Source: an uncultured Methanosarcinales archaeon
GTDB lineage: Archaea; Nanobdellota; Nanobdellia; Woesearchaeales; CG1-02-33-12
Direction: 5' to 3'
NCBI GenBank assembly: GCA_964403775.1
Contig: CAYOHL010000003.1
Coordinates: 1-34,258, forward strand
Length of the DNA: 34,258 nucleotides
Made by a program: the position numbers and the translations under genes
In this document: piece by piece, positions 9,230 through 17,379 of the stretch
Position numbering within the stretch: the first letter of the stretch is position 1
Layout: each line of letters starts with the position of its first letter
Notes under the pieces: generated by a model
What the model was told of the DNA's origin: nothing
Seen by the model: only the letters and a program-made list of their open reading frames with translations
Databases searched by the model: none

Positions 9230-9424
9230 TAAAAATCCACAGAAAACTCCTACCAGCATCTAAAGATGCTGGTTTGACGGAGTTTTCTTTTGACAGTGGA
9301 TTTTTAGGACACAAGGAAAACATAGTTTTCCGGTGTGCCAAAAATGCAAAGCATTTTTGAGCATGCCAGAAATGCTCATCCTCATACTGAAGTATGAGGT
9401 TTTCGCAAGCATTTCTGTGCATAA
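9230..9424. repeat. Array of four nested hairpins (REP/MITE-like)
   Basis: TAAAAATCCAC/GTGGATTTTTA, AGAAAACTCC/GGAGTTTTCT, ACCAGCATC/GATGCTGGT, GGAAAAC/GTTTTCC, CAAAAATGC/GCATTTTTG, CAGAAATGCT/AGCATTTCTG; last unit also at 1-55. Confidence 0.85.
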
Positions 9425-9457
9425 GTAAAAGTTTGTCTTCAGCAGTAAGAAAATTTT

Positions 9458-9580
9458 GGCTAACATATGTGATTCACCGAAGCTGATTTTTCAGAGCTGG
9501 AGCAAATTGGGGCAACCCACAATTTGAGACCTCAAAAAATCAATTTGGAAGAAGTGAGGTGCAACCGAGCGTAGGTACAC
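9458..9580 (-). repeat. Long imperfect hairpin element ending in GTTAGCC (degenerate attC-like)
   Basis: TGATTTTT/AAAAATCA, CAAATTG/CAATTTG, GGG-CAA-CCC nested stems; side hairpin ACC-GAGCGTA-GGT; R'-like heptamer at 9458-9464. Confidence 0.4.
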
Positions 9581-9684
9581 AGCCTACTTGTTTCATAATG
9601 GGAGCAGATGATACACCTTCCATTGCAGTAGGAGCGTGTCTGGATTTCTATTGCTGACGGGAATTTCCTATGTTTGACTGGCAT
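9532..9684 (-). pseudogene. Truncated radical SAM protein (N-terminal CxxxCxxC only)
   Basis: Own translation MPVKHRKFPSAIEIQTRSYCNGRCIICSHYETSRL...; starts 10 nt after the upstream stop and runs into the hairpin element. Confidence 0.75.
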
Positions 9685-9693
9685 TTTTTGACA

Positions 9694-10596
9694 TCATTGA
9701 GATTTGAGTGTGCCCAGTATATATTCCTTAGCTTTTTTTAGTGACCCGTTAATATATAATGCTGGAACAGAGGCCACTAGGTTATCTAATGCAACTGCCC
9801 TTTTGGTAAAGAGATCCTCATTGTCAAATGATGGGTAATAAACAGGCCTCTCTGGAATCCAGAGGATGTTGGAAGCTCGGATATATGTTGATAGGGCTTC
9901 TGATAGAAGTATCTTGGCTTTCCGCGGCTTTATCTCATAGGAAGATAATTCTTTAGCAGATATGTCAATTTTGACAAGATATATCGCTGAGAGTGGTGGG
10001 TTAATGGTTGGGAATGGATTCGGGCTGCTAACCAAAACATAGTCATCATGATAAGGTGCTCCATTGAATGAATGATACTGAGCATTGACCTTCTTGATGA
10101 GAACCTCATTTGTTCCGCCGACAATTGTAGGTTGCTCTCCAGGCCGGCTTTGGATGACCGAGAGGTCTCCACTTAAAAGCTGGAATCCTGCGTGCTCGCA
10201 GAGGTCCAGTGCAATGGTGGTTTTGCCAGAGCCGCTTTCACCGAGAAAAAGTATCCCCTTATCTGAACCGGATACCGCAGAGGAATGAAGTATGTATCTG
10301 TCTGTCTGGTTAAGTAGAAGGTTGACGAATGGCAGGATTCCAATCATGAGGTTTTCCTTAGTAAATAAATCTTGTGCGAATGTAAGCTCTAGGCGAGATA
10401 TTCCTTTATCATCTATCTGGAGTATCACTCCTGGCTCTCCACTCCCGATGCTGATAATCCCGTCTATATGTCCTTCATAGTTTGGATGGTAAGAAAAGGA
10501 GGGTATGCTACAGCAACTTCCTTGGCTACCAAGGAGGTGGCCAGATTCTAACCCCTCTACTTTTAAGGTAAGGTCAAGTACTTGTATGGCTTGCAT
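9694..10596 (-). CDS. HPr kinase-like P-loop protein
   Basis: LHSSAV..GILFLGESGSGKTT..LLSGD arrangement typical of the HprK/PEPCK-like fold. Confidence 0.7.
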   Translation of the reverse strand: MQAIQVLDLTLKVEGLESGHLLGSQGSCCSIPSFSYHPNYEGHIDGIISIGSGEPGVILQIDDKGISRLELTFAQDLFTKENLMIGILPFVNLLLNQTDRYILHSSAVSGSDKGILFLGESGSGKTTIALDLCEHAGFQLLSGDLSVIQSRPGEQPTIVGGTNEVLIKKVNAQYHSFNGAPYHDDYVLVSSPNPFPTINPPLSAIYLVKIDISAKELSSYEIKPRKAKILLSEALSTYIRASNILWIPERPVYYPSFDNEDLFTKRAVALDNLVASVPALYINGSLKKAKEYILGTLKSQ

Positions 10597-10647
10597 GTGC
10601 CTTAGATATAAGAAGGATTATATAAATGTTATTATTATTTAGTGACT

Positions 10648-11208
10648 CTATTTTAGGGTTCTATTTGCTTTAAGCTTACCGGGGGAGAATATGTACTCGT
10701 AGAACTCTATTATCCTGGCAACCCTATCCATATTTCCCAAGACAGGATCCCTTATGATTACTGGTTCTCTCTTACAGGCCATCACATCAGAGATATCTTT
10801 TTTCATATACACATATTTCGGCCTCCATAAGAACCTTAAACCTGACAAGTGGTTGAGCAGGCGAATAAATGTAGGCTCGCTGTATGAGTATGTATATGCC
10901 AAGGTAGACCAGAAATTCCTGTCAAACACTACCTTTCTTATTAAGGGATTCTTGGCAGATTCTATTGCCAGGTACTCATATGCTATATTCAAGGACAGCA
11001 TATTCAACTGGCGGGTATAAGAGAATTTTCCGGGGTTAATCCTTATCTCGCTGATCACAATATTGTTGGGTTTAAGAAAGTGGTTCGAGATGTATGTTGT
11101 CTTGCCAGAGCCGGATATTCCCTCGAGAACAATAACTTTCGGATTTATTGGGAGAAGAATGTAATTGGAGAGGAATTGATCCAGCGCCTTCTTTGTTTTT
11201 TGCTCCAT
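10648..11208 (-). CDS. Thymidylate/deoxynucleoside kinase-like protein (likely start 11208 rather than 11277)
   Basis: VIVLEGISGSGKTT P-loop and VVFDRNFWSTLAY motif. Confidence 0.7.
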   Translation of the reverse strand: MEQKTKKALDQFLSNYILLPINPKVIVLEGISGSGKTTYISNHFLKPNNIVISEIRINPGKFSYTRQLNMLSLNIAYEYLAIESAKNPLIRKVVFDRNFWSTLAYTYSYSEPTFIRLLNHLSGLRFLWRPKYVYMKKDISDVMACKREPVIIRDPVLGNMDRVARIIEFYEYIFSPGKLKANRTLK

Positions 11209-11260
11209 TGTGCTTACTTTGAGAGATAAGTTTATATATTTTATCAAATAATCATCCATC

Positions 11261-11713
11261 ATGATCGATAAATACATTGTCAGGCCTTGCGTGGCAATAT
11301 TCAGGGAAAAAGAGATCCTGCTTGTGAGAAGCGTTTACAAAGGCGAAGAATTCTATGTGCTCCCTGGAGGGAAGCTGGAGGTAGGAGAGACCCTCGCTGA
11401 GTGCGCGGTCAGGGAGGTTCTTGAGGAGACACACCTAAAGGTGGAGATAGAGAAACTATTGTATCTGAGGGACTTTATAAATGAGGAGGACCATGTTGTT
11501 GATGTGTTCTTCTTGGCAAAGCTGAAGAGAAAGGAGGCACCCATAAATAGATTTAATCAATCCTTTAATGATACGGTCAAGTTTGTGGAGTTCCGTCCGC
11601 TGGCAGATCTTGGCAAACTTAAGTTTTATCCAAAGTTCTTGAGGAAGAGACTGGTGGAGGATTTCAATACTGGATTCAGAAACTGTCCGGCTTATATAGG
11701 TAAGATAGACTGA
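11261..11713 (+). CDS. NUDIX hydrolase
   Basis: Nudix box GGKLEVGETLAECAVREVLEETHL. Confidence 0.93.
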   Translation: MIDKYIVRPCVAIFREKEILLVRSVYKGEEFYVLPGGKLEVGETLAECAVREVLEETHLKVEIEKLLYLRDFINEEDHVVDVFFLAKLKRKEAPINRFNQSFNDTVKFVEFRPLADLGKLKFYPKFLRKRLVEDFNTGFRNCPAYIGKID

Positions 11714-11723
11714 AACTAGGAGT

Positions 11724-13097
11724 CTATTTTCTCATAGGTGTTTTTCCTTTCACAATCTGGGTTTTGAACAGTTTTGAATAGGCACTAAGTACCAGGGCTC
11801 TGTATGCTGAGAGGCCGTGAAGGAAATAGAAAGGAATACTTCCAATCAGCAGTTTTGGGAGCAGCCGATACCTATCTGCTGATGGAAAATCTCTTCTGAC
11901 TGATATGATACCAAAAAAGTTCACTGCGGTAAGATAGGTTATCATACTTATGACCATAAGGAGTAAGAGATATATATTTTGCTGGACTGCTGTCAGGACA
12001 AACCCTACTACCATCAGACTAGGTCCGACTATCCAGCGCACAGCATGACTAAATAGCTTGCTGCTGAGTACAAAAAGCCTTAGCCTATTCAGAGACCTCC
12101 ATTTTTGGACAATCTTGCGATAATATTGGAAGGATTGGAGAGGACCGAAGAACCAATTGGATTTCTGTAAGTAGAGGCCTCTTAAAGAATCAGGCGATTC
12201 GCAGCGGTCAAAAAATGGTATAGGAATAATTCTTACCCAAAGATAGCTCAGCCCTAGCCCAAATATGGCATCTTCATTATGTGTATCCTCCATAAATCCG
12301 CCAAGCTTGTGAAATATCTTTTCTGTGTAGACGAGACCATGGCCAATGCAGTAATTAAGTGGGTAAAGTATCCCTTTTAATGAAGGGTTGTTTCGCAGAG
12401 CTGAGAATTGGTCCAGGGCATGGGGGATCTCAAAGCCGATACTCCATCTGTTCTGCCAGGCTGTTGCACTGGCGAGCACGGCCCCTCTAAGACCCGGTGA
12501 GATAGTCTCAAGGTTTTTTGTGTAGTCCCCATATTGCTGGAAAACTTGTGCGCTAGGCGAGTTTTTGAGGTAACCGAGAATCCACCTAAAGGTATTTGGG
12601 TCGGGCCTAGAGTCGGCGTTGTATACTGCAAAGAGGGTTCCTTTGGGCTGCTTTTGCTTGAGTATCTCCCTCATGGCGTAGTTGAGTTGGAAGGACATTT
12701 TTCTTCCTGGCCCTGAATAATGATATAATTTTATACAGGAATATTTCCTGCACAGCTTCTTGGCTAGATCAATAGTATTATTTTTCTTGGAGATTGAGTA
12801 CTCTGCTTCTGTTGTGATTATGCATATCTTGAGATTCCGAAATTTAGAATAAGTATGGACAAAGTAATTTACAGTTGCCTGGAGCCTGGTTATCTCATCT
12901 AAGGCAGGTATGAGGATATAGATTCTCCTTGCAAGGTCATTTGCAGATAATGATAAGACAGGAGTGCTGGTTTTCAACCAGCGTCTTGCCCGGAGTATCT
13001 GGACAAACCAGAAGATTGAAAGAATGAAGAATAGGGCAATAATCGCATAGTTTGACCATAATACCCATGGGGTTAGTTGATGGACAAGGGGGCTCAT
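11724..13097 (-). CDS. Membrane GT2 glycosyltransferase (cellulose synthase-like motifs)
   Basis: ILIPALDE, K..QLNYA, YNADSRP, EDAIFG, QKSNW (QxxRW variant); N- and C-terminal TM helices. Confidence 0.85.
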   Translation of the reverse strand: MSPLVHQLTPWVLWSNYAIIALFFILSIFWFVQILRARRWLKTSTPVLSLSANDLARRIYILIPALDEITRLQATVNYFVHTYSKFRNLKICIITTEAEYSISKKNNTIDLAKKLCRKYSCIKLYHYSGPGRKMSFQLNYAMREILKQKQPKGTLFAVYNADSRPDPNTFRWILGYLKNSPSAQVFQQYGDYTKNLETISPGLRGAVLASATAWQNRWSIGFEIPHALDQFSALRNNPSLKGILYPLNYCIGHGLVYTEKIFHKLGGFMEDTHNEDAIFGLGLSYLWVRIIPIPFFDRCESPDSLRGLYLQKSNWFFGPLQSFQYYRKIVQKWRSLNRLRLFVLSSKLFSHAVRWIVGPSLMVVGFVLTAVQQNIYLLLLMVISMITYLTAVNFFGIISVRRDFPSADRYRLLPKLLIGSIPFYFLHGLSAYRALVLSAYSKLFKTQIVKGKTPMRK

Positions 13098-13262
13098 AGG
13101 ATAGTCATGGAAGCCATAGTTAATAAGCTTTTCCCATCATCATTAATTAGTAATTTAAAAGAGATATTTACAAGAAATTCTAATAATATATTACAACAAA
13201 ACTAAAAGTTTAGTCAAGAATTCTAATAATCCCTTGGAACCTACTTTTTTAGTTAAGCCCCT

Positions 13263-13364
13263 AGCGAGAGTTGAACACTGCGCAGATTTTGGCCCAAAAT
13301 TTGATAAAATGCAGGCGACATTCAGCTATCGCTGAAGTCCCCTAAAAAGCCCCGAGCGAGAGTT
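13263..13364. repeat. 102-bp direct repeat, right copy, overlapping the tRNA-Thr 3' end
   Basis: Identical to 8849-8950. Confidence 0.95.
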
Positions 13365-13420
13365 GAACTCGCGACCTCCACCTTACCAAGGTGGCGCTAT
13401 AGCCACTAAGCCACCGGGGC
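13348..13420 (-). tRNA. trnT: tRNA-Thr(GGT), intronless
   Basis: GCCCCGG/TCGGGGC-T acceptor, CCACC-TT-GGT-AA-GGTGG anticodon arm, GCGAG-TTCAACT-CTCGC T arm. Confidence 0.96.
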
Positions 13421-13431
13421 ATAAAAATTAA

Positions 13432-14583
13432 TCAAAAAATATCCCTGTTTTCTTCATCATCATTCTCATAATCGCTGTAATCCATTATATCTATGTTAGT
13501 ATCTTCTATTTCCTCTTCTTGCCTTTTTTTACTCTCTTCTTCCTGTTTATCTGTATAGTCTAAAACTGTTTCATAAGCTTTATTTTGCTTTGCATGCCTG
13601 TATTTCTTTTTGTTGTTCTTATCCTTCTTCCTTGGTTTAGGTTTCTTTTTTTTGATTTCCTCATCGCCTCCAGATTCTTTTTTGTAATTTTTTTCTTCAT
13701 CTTTTTTAGATTTTTTCTGTTCTGGTTCTTCAGGTTCTTGGGTAGCTTCAGTTTCTTTATTCTCTTCATCTTTTTTAGGCTTTTCCTCTTTTAAATCTTC
13801 ATGGGATTCTTCAGTCTTTTTATACTCTTTATCTAGATTCTCTCCTTTCTTTTTGTCTACTGATTCTTTTTTGGTTTCATTCTCTTCACTAAATTCAGCA
13901 GTCATATCCACATAACCCCCTTCTTCATGCTTTTGTTTTCTTCCTCTGAACAAAAACAATAAGACAGCAGCTAAAACAACAAAGCCTGCTGTCAGTATAA
14001 CATTTCTCCAGTTGATAACAACTATTTTTTTTGGTTCTAATACAACACATGAATGATTAACTGCGGTTTCATTAGGACTGCATTCCAGTTTCCTGCATTT
14101 GTAGATGCTGAATGTATTGCAGTATTCATCTTCTTCACACTCAGAGTCCTCTTTGCACTCAATCTTTGACAATGGAAGAACTGTAAAACTTTCCACAATT
14201 TTGCCGCATATCTCAAAAATCTGTTCTGGCTTATCAACATAAGACATCCTAAAACACGGAACATAATAAAAAGTATAGCCCTGTAGAGGAGCTTTAATAA
14301 GGTTTGTAAAATAAAAACTTCTAACCTCTCCTGGAGGTATAACAATATTCTCACTAACATCAAATCCAAGTATTGTGCCATAATCCCTGTCTTTTATGTG
14401 TACATCGCCAACATTGATGCTCTTGTTTATGTTATTAAACACATTAACCGTAAAAAATACTTCTGTTCCTTCAATACAATTCTTTTCCTTGCATTCATAA
14501 CTTGCATCTATTGCTGCTCCCACAAAGGCCATGTTAATTAAAAAAACTAATACAACAATCTGCAGTATTTTTGTCTTAACCAT
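13432..14583 (-). CDS. Hypothetical type I membrane/surface protein with Cys-rich ectodomain and Glu/Lys-rich tail
   Basis: Signal peptide, CKEDSECEEDEYC Cys cluster, single TM helix, low-complexity charged C-terminus; GGTGAT RBS. Confidence 0.75.
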   Translation of the reverse strand: MVKTKILQIVVLVFLINMAFVGAAIDASYECKEKNCIEGTEVFFTVNVFNNINKSINVGDVHIKDRDYGTILGFDVSENIVIPPGEVRSFYFTNLIKAPLQGYTFYYVPCFRMSYVDKPEQIFEICGKIVESFTVLPLSKIECKEDSECEEDEYCNTFSIYKCRKLECSPNETAVNHSCVVLEPKKIVVINWRNVILTAGFVVLAAVLLFLFRGRKQKHEEGGYVDMTAEFSEENETKKESVDKKKGENLDKEYKKTEESHEDLKEEKPKKDEENKETEATQEPEEPEQKKSKKDEEKNYKKESGGDEEIKKKKPKPRKKDKNNKKKYRHAKQNKAYETVLDYTDKQEEESKKRQEEEIEDTNIDIMDYSDYENDDEENRDIF

Positions 14584-14600
14584 ATTATATCACCACAAAA

Positions 14601-14710
14601 TGCGGGGGATGGGATTTGAACCCACGGACTCACTAAGAGACAGGATTTCTGCCTTGTAATTATATTTAGTCTTAAGTCCTGCGCATTTGACCAGACTTTG
14701 CTACCCCCGC
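14601..14710 (-). tRNA. trnL: tRNA-Leu(TAA) with a 24-nt canonical intron (14647-14670)
   Basis: GCGGGGG/CCCCCGC-A acceptor, CAGGA-CT-TAA-G|intron|A-TCCTG, long variable arm, GTGGG-TTCAAAT-CCCAT. Confidence 0.92.
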
Positions 14711-14751
14711 AGGATAGATAGAACAGAGAAATAGAATATATTTAAAGGTTT

Positions 14752-15315
14752 CTAAAGCTTTTTGGATGCACACCTTGTGCAGAGAAATGAGCCCTCAATT
14801 TCCCTTAGGTTTGTGGATGGAAAACCGCAAGCCTCGCACATGCCCTCTGATATAGGTCCGCCAAAAACAGGTTTTCTTGCTTCTTCTCTCAGCTCAAACT
14901 TCTCAACCATTAGCTCAAACAGCTCTGGCTGTATTTTGAGTATGTCTTTTAATGTAAGCAAGCCAATCATCTCTTTTTTGTCCATAACAGGCAGGTGTCT
15001 TACATCATAATCCTTCATCTTTTTGAGGGCGTCATAGATATCCTTCTCAGGACCTATTGTTATAACTCTTTTTATCATCACTTCACCAGCTTTCAATTCT
15101 TTTGGGTTTAGTCCTTTTGCAATAACCCTTCTTACAATATCCCTGTCAGATAATATGCCAAGAAGCTTATTTCCATCTGTTACAACAAGGCTTCCAACAT
15201 GATTTTTTAACATTTTTAGGGCACATTTCCCTATAGTTGTTTCTGGCAAAACAGAAACAGGCCTTTTTGTCATTGCATCACATATTTTATAACCTGTTTT
15301 ATATTTTGAGCTCAT
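14752..15315 (-). CDS. CBS-pair protein with C-terminal Zn ribbon
   Basis: Two CBS repeats (VGSLVV..GILSDRD; VRHLPV..GLLTLKD) plus CEACG..CTRC. Confidence 0.9.
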   Translation of the reverse strand: MSSKYKTGYKICDAMTKRPVSVLPETTIGKCALKMLKNHVGSLVVTDGNKLLGILSDRDIVRRVIAKGLNPKELKAGEVMIKRVITIGPEKDIYDALKKMKDYDVRHLPVMDKKEMIGLLTLKDILKIQPELFELMVEKFELREEARKPVFGGPISEGMCEACGFPSTNLREIEGSFLCTRCASKKL

Positions 15316-15401
15316 CTTAACCCTTAATGATAATAAAATATCTTCTACTTAATAAATTTACGTAAAATAGAAAATATATAACAAAAAGTATAATTCAGCA
15401 A

Positions 15402-17246
15402 TCAGTAATTAACCAATATTTCCACATCCTTGCCAAAGATATTTTTCATGTCTTCAAATATTGGCTCTTTTATAAAGACCTTTGACAGAGGCTCTATCTT
15501 TGATAGCTCTTTCTCAAGATCCTCAAAAGAGCTCTTGGTTATTTTTCCAAGTCCGCCATTAGGCAGTATTTCTGCCTTGCTAATCCTTTTTTCCTCCTGG
15601 TCAATGTCATGTATGATATAAGCATTTTTTCCAAGCAAAAGAACCTCCCCATACTTGTCTCCGTATTTTACTCTTATCTTTGTCCTTTCTATATCCATGC
15701 CTCTTTTTCTTTGTATATGCTCTACCATGAACCTAACAAATTCCTGAGAGCTTTTTTTAACTTTTTCAACCTCTGCCTTTGTTAATTTTTTCTCATCATA
15801 GTCTTTTTTTGCCTTCATTATGTCCTTTAATGTTCTTAAGAATTTTGCAGGTATTTTCCCATGGCTTATTATCTCCTTTTCAAATATGCTGACTATCTCT
15901 GTGTCACTAGCCCTCTCTATTCCCTCAAGCCTTAAAACATCTCTTATAACTGTAACAACAGTATCATAAACATGAAGCATTGACTCCTTTTCTTTTATTT
16001 TCTCTATCTGGCTGAATAATTTTTTTACCCTTTTAAGATATTTCTCTGCATTTTCAAGCAAGACATCAACCTCTTTACCACCGAGTTCTTTGGTTGTTCC
16101 ATGCTCAAGCTTTTTTCTAACCTCTATGTTATTTTCGAGTATTTTTATGTATTCCTCCTCTAACATTTTCTCTTTTTTTACAAACAGCTGCCTCATTAAG
16201 TCAGGGGTTTCCTTTGGGGTTGGAGGCGGAACACCATAAAGCATCAAAGCAGCCTGGCTTGGAGTTAAAATAGCCCAGAATATATCTTCCATTCCCAGGT
16301 CCCTTATCTTAAATTTAACATGCTTCAGCATCTGCTCCCCGCTGCTCATATACATATCAATTGCCTCTGCAGACGGCTTTATCTTGCCCATCTTCAACAA
16401 TTGCTTCCATGGCATAAATATCCCCCTGTCATAGAATGGAACCCCATCCCTCAGGAAAGTGAATATTATCGGATTGGCCTCCTTTATGTTGTCCCAGAAG
16501 TCTGTAAGTATATACACCTGGATATTCAGCTTGTTTTTAATTCCTGTAATTTCACCGGCTTCCATTCCCATTGTTATGATTATTGCCCTTAACTTATCTT
16601 TCAGTTCTGCCCTTGTCATCTTTTTGACGTCAGTGTCATCAACTACAATAAACACATCAATATCTGATTCAGATGTTGCCCTTCCCTGTACCAAAGAGCC
16701 TGCTAAAACATAGCTCACAATATATTTCTCAAACTTTTTAAGAACCATTGACTTATGGACCTCAGCTATCTTTACTGCAGAAAGCATTCCTGTATCATAA
16801 ACCGGGGCAGACAGCGCTATCATCTCCAGTATCTCATATTTACCGTCATAGCAGCTCTGCCATAGCTCAGAAAGGATAATTGTTTGGGGTGCAAGGTTTT
16901 TATCAACCTCTTTTGCCATTTTTTCTATAATGGATGACAGTTTTGTCTTAAGCTCATCCTTTGACATTCTCTTGCTGTCAGAATCATCAACCATAACAAG
17001 AATGTTTATCTGCTCACTGGGCTTTTCATCCTTTTCTGGCTTTTTTGGCGGCAGGAGTGCAATGCCAATTATGTAATTTTCAAACTTTTTCAGGGCTAGT
17101 TTCTTGAATTTATCAAGCCTTGATTTGATTGCTCTTAGTTTTTTCTGGGCCTCTTTCGGAAGCTTTGACTCAATTTCCTTGAACTGATTATTTTCTTTTG
17201 ATTTAATACCTTTATCATTATTTTTTTTAGTTTGTTTTTTAGCCAT
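15402..17246 (-). CDS. Nucleotidyltransferase-domain protein (tandem MNT-like domains plus helical HEPN-like region)
   Basis: GSLVQGRATSESDIDVFIVVDD Pol-beta motif with a degenerate N-terminal copy; AGGTGA RBS before ATG 17246. Confidence 0.75.
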   Translation of the reverse strand: MAKKQTKKNNDKGIKSKENNQFKEIESKLPKEAQKKLRAIKSRLDKFKKLALKKFENYIIGIALLPPKKPEKDEKPSEQINILVMVDDSDSKRMSKDELKTKLSSIIEKMAKEVDKNLAPQTIILSELWQSCYDGKYEILEMIALSAPVYDTGMLSAVKIAEVHKSMVLKKFEKYIVSYVLAGSLVQGRATSESDIDVFIVVDDTDVKKMTRAELKDKLRAIIITMGMEAGEITGIKNKLNIQVYILTDFWDNIKEANPIIFTFLRDGVPFYDRGIFMPWKQLLKMGKIKPSAEAIDMYMSSGEQMLKHVKFKIRDLGMEDIFWAILTPSQAALMLYGVPPPTPKETPDLMRQLFVKKEKMLEEEYIKILENNIEVRKKLEHGTTKELGGKEVDVLLENAEKYLKRVKKLFSQIEKIKEKESMLHVYDTVVTVIRDVLRLEGIERASDTEIVSIFEKEIISHGKIPAKFLRTLKDIMKAKKDYDEKKLTKAEVEKVKKSSQEFVRFMVEHIQRKRGMDIERTKIRVKYGDKYGEVLLLGKNAYIIHDIDQEEKRISKAEILPNGGLGKITKSSFEDLEKELSKIEPLSKVFIKEPIFEDMKNIFGKDVEILVNY

Positions 17247-17379
17247 AATCACTCACCTGATTATTTAATCATAAGATTAGCTAAAATAGGTTTATTATTA
17301 AGCATATATAAATCTTTTTAAAAAACTCAGGAGATTTTCCGGAGCATGCATAACTTAAATTAACCTTTCCCAAAGAAAA

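Larger units (their letters stand above)
8849..13364. mobile_element. Genomic island or remnant integrated at the tRNA-Thr 3' end, no integrase
   Basis: Flanked by the 102-bp direct repeat overlapping the tRNA 3' end; accessory cargo, two gene fragments, visibly higher GC/CpG in 9500-13100. Confidence 0.8.

Noticed and set aside
9198-9466. ORFs 9198-9422 and 9260-9466 as proteins
   Set aside because: They run through the palindromic repeat array and show no protein motifs
13480-13900. Tandem repeat in the T/C-rich stretch
   Set aside because: Low-complexity Glu/Lys coding sequence with no regular period
15402-17246. CCA-adding enzyme (none of the four tRNAs encodes CCA)
   Set aside because: Tandem MNT-like architecture and length do not match the archaeal class I CCA enzyme as far as I can judge
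17320-17352. Possible degenerate copy of the hairpin repeat (GAGCATGC)
   Set aside because: Match too short and stems too weak to support
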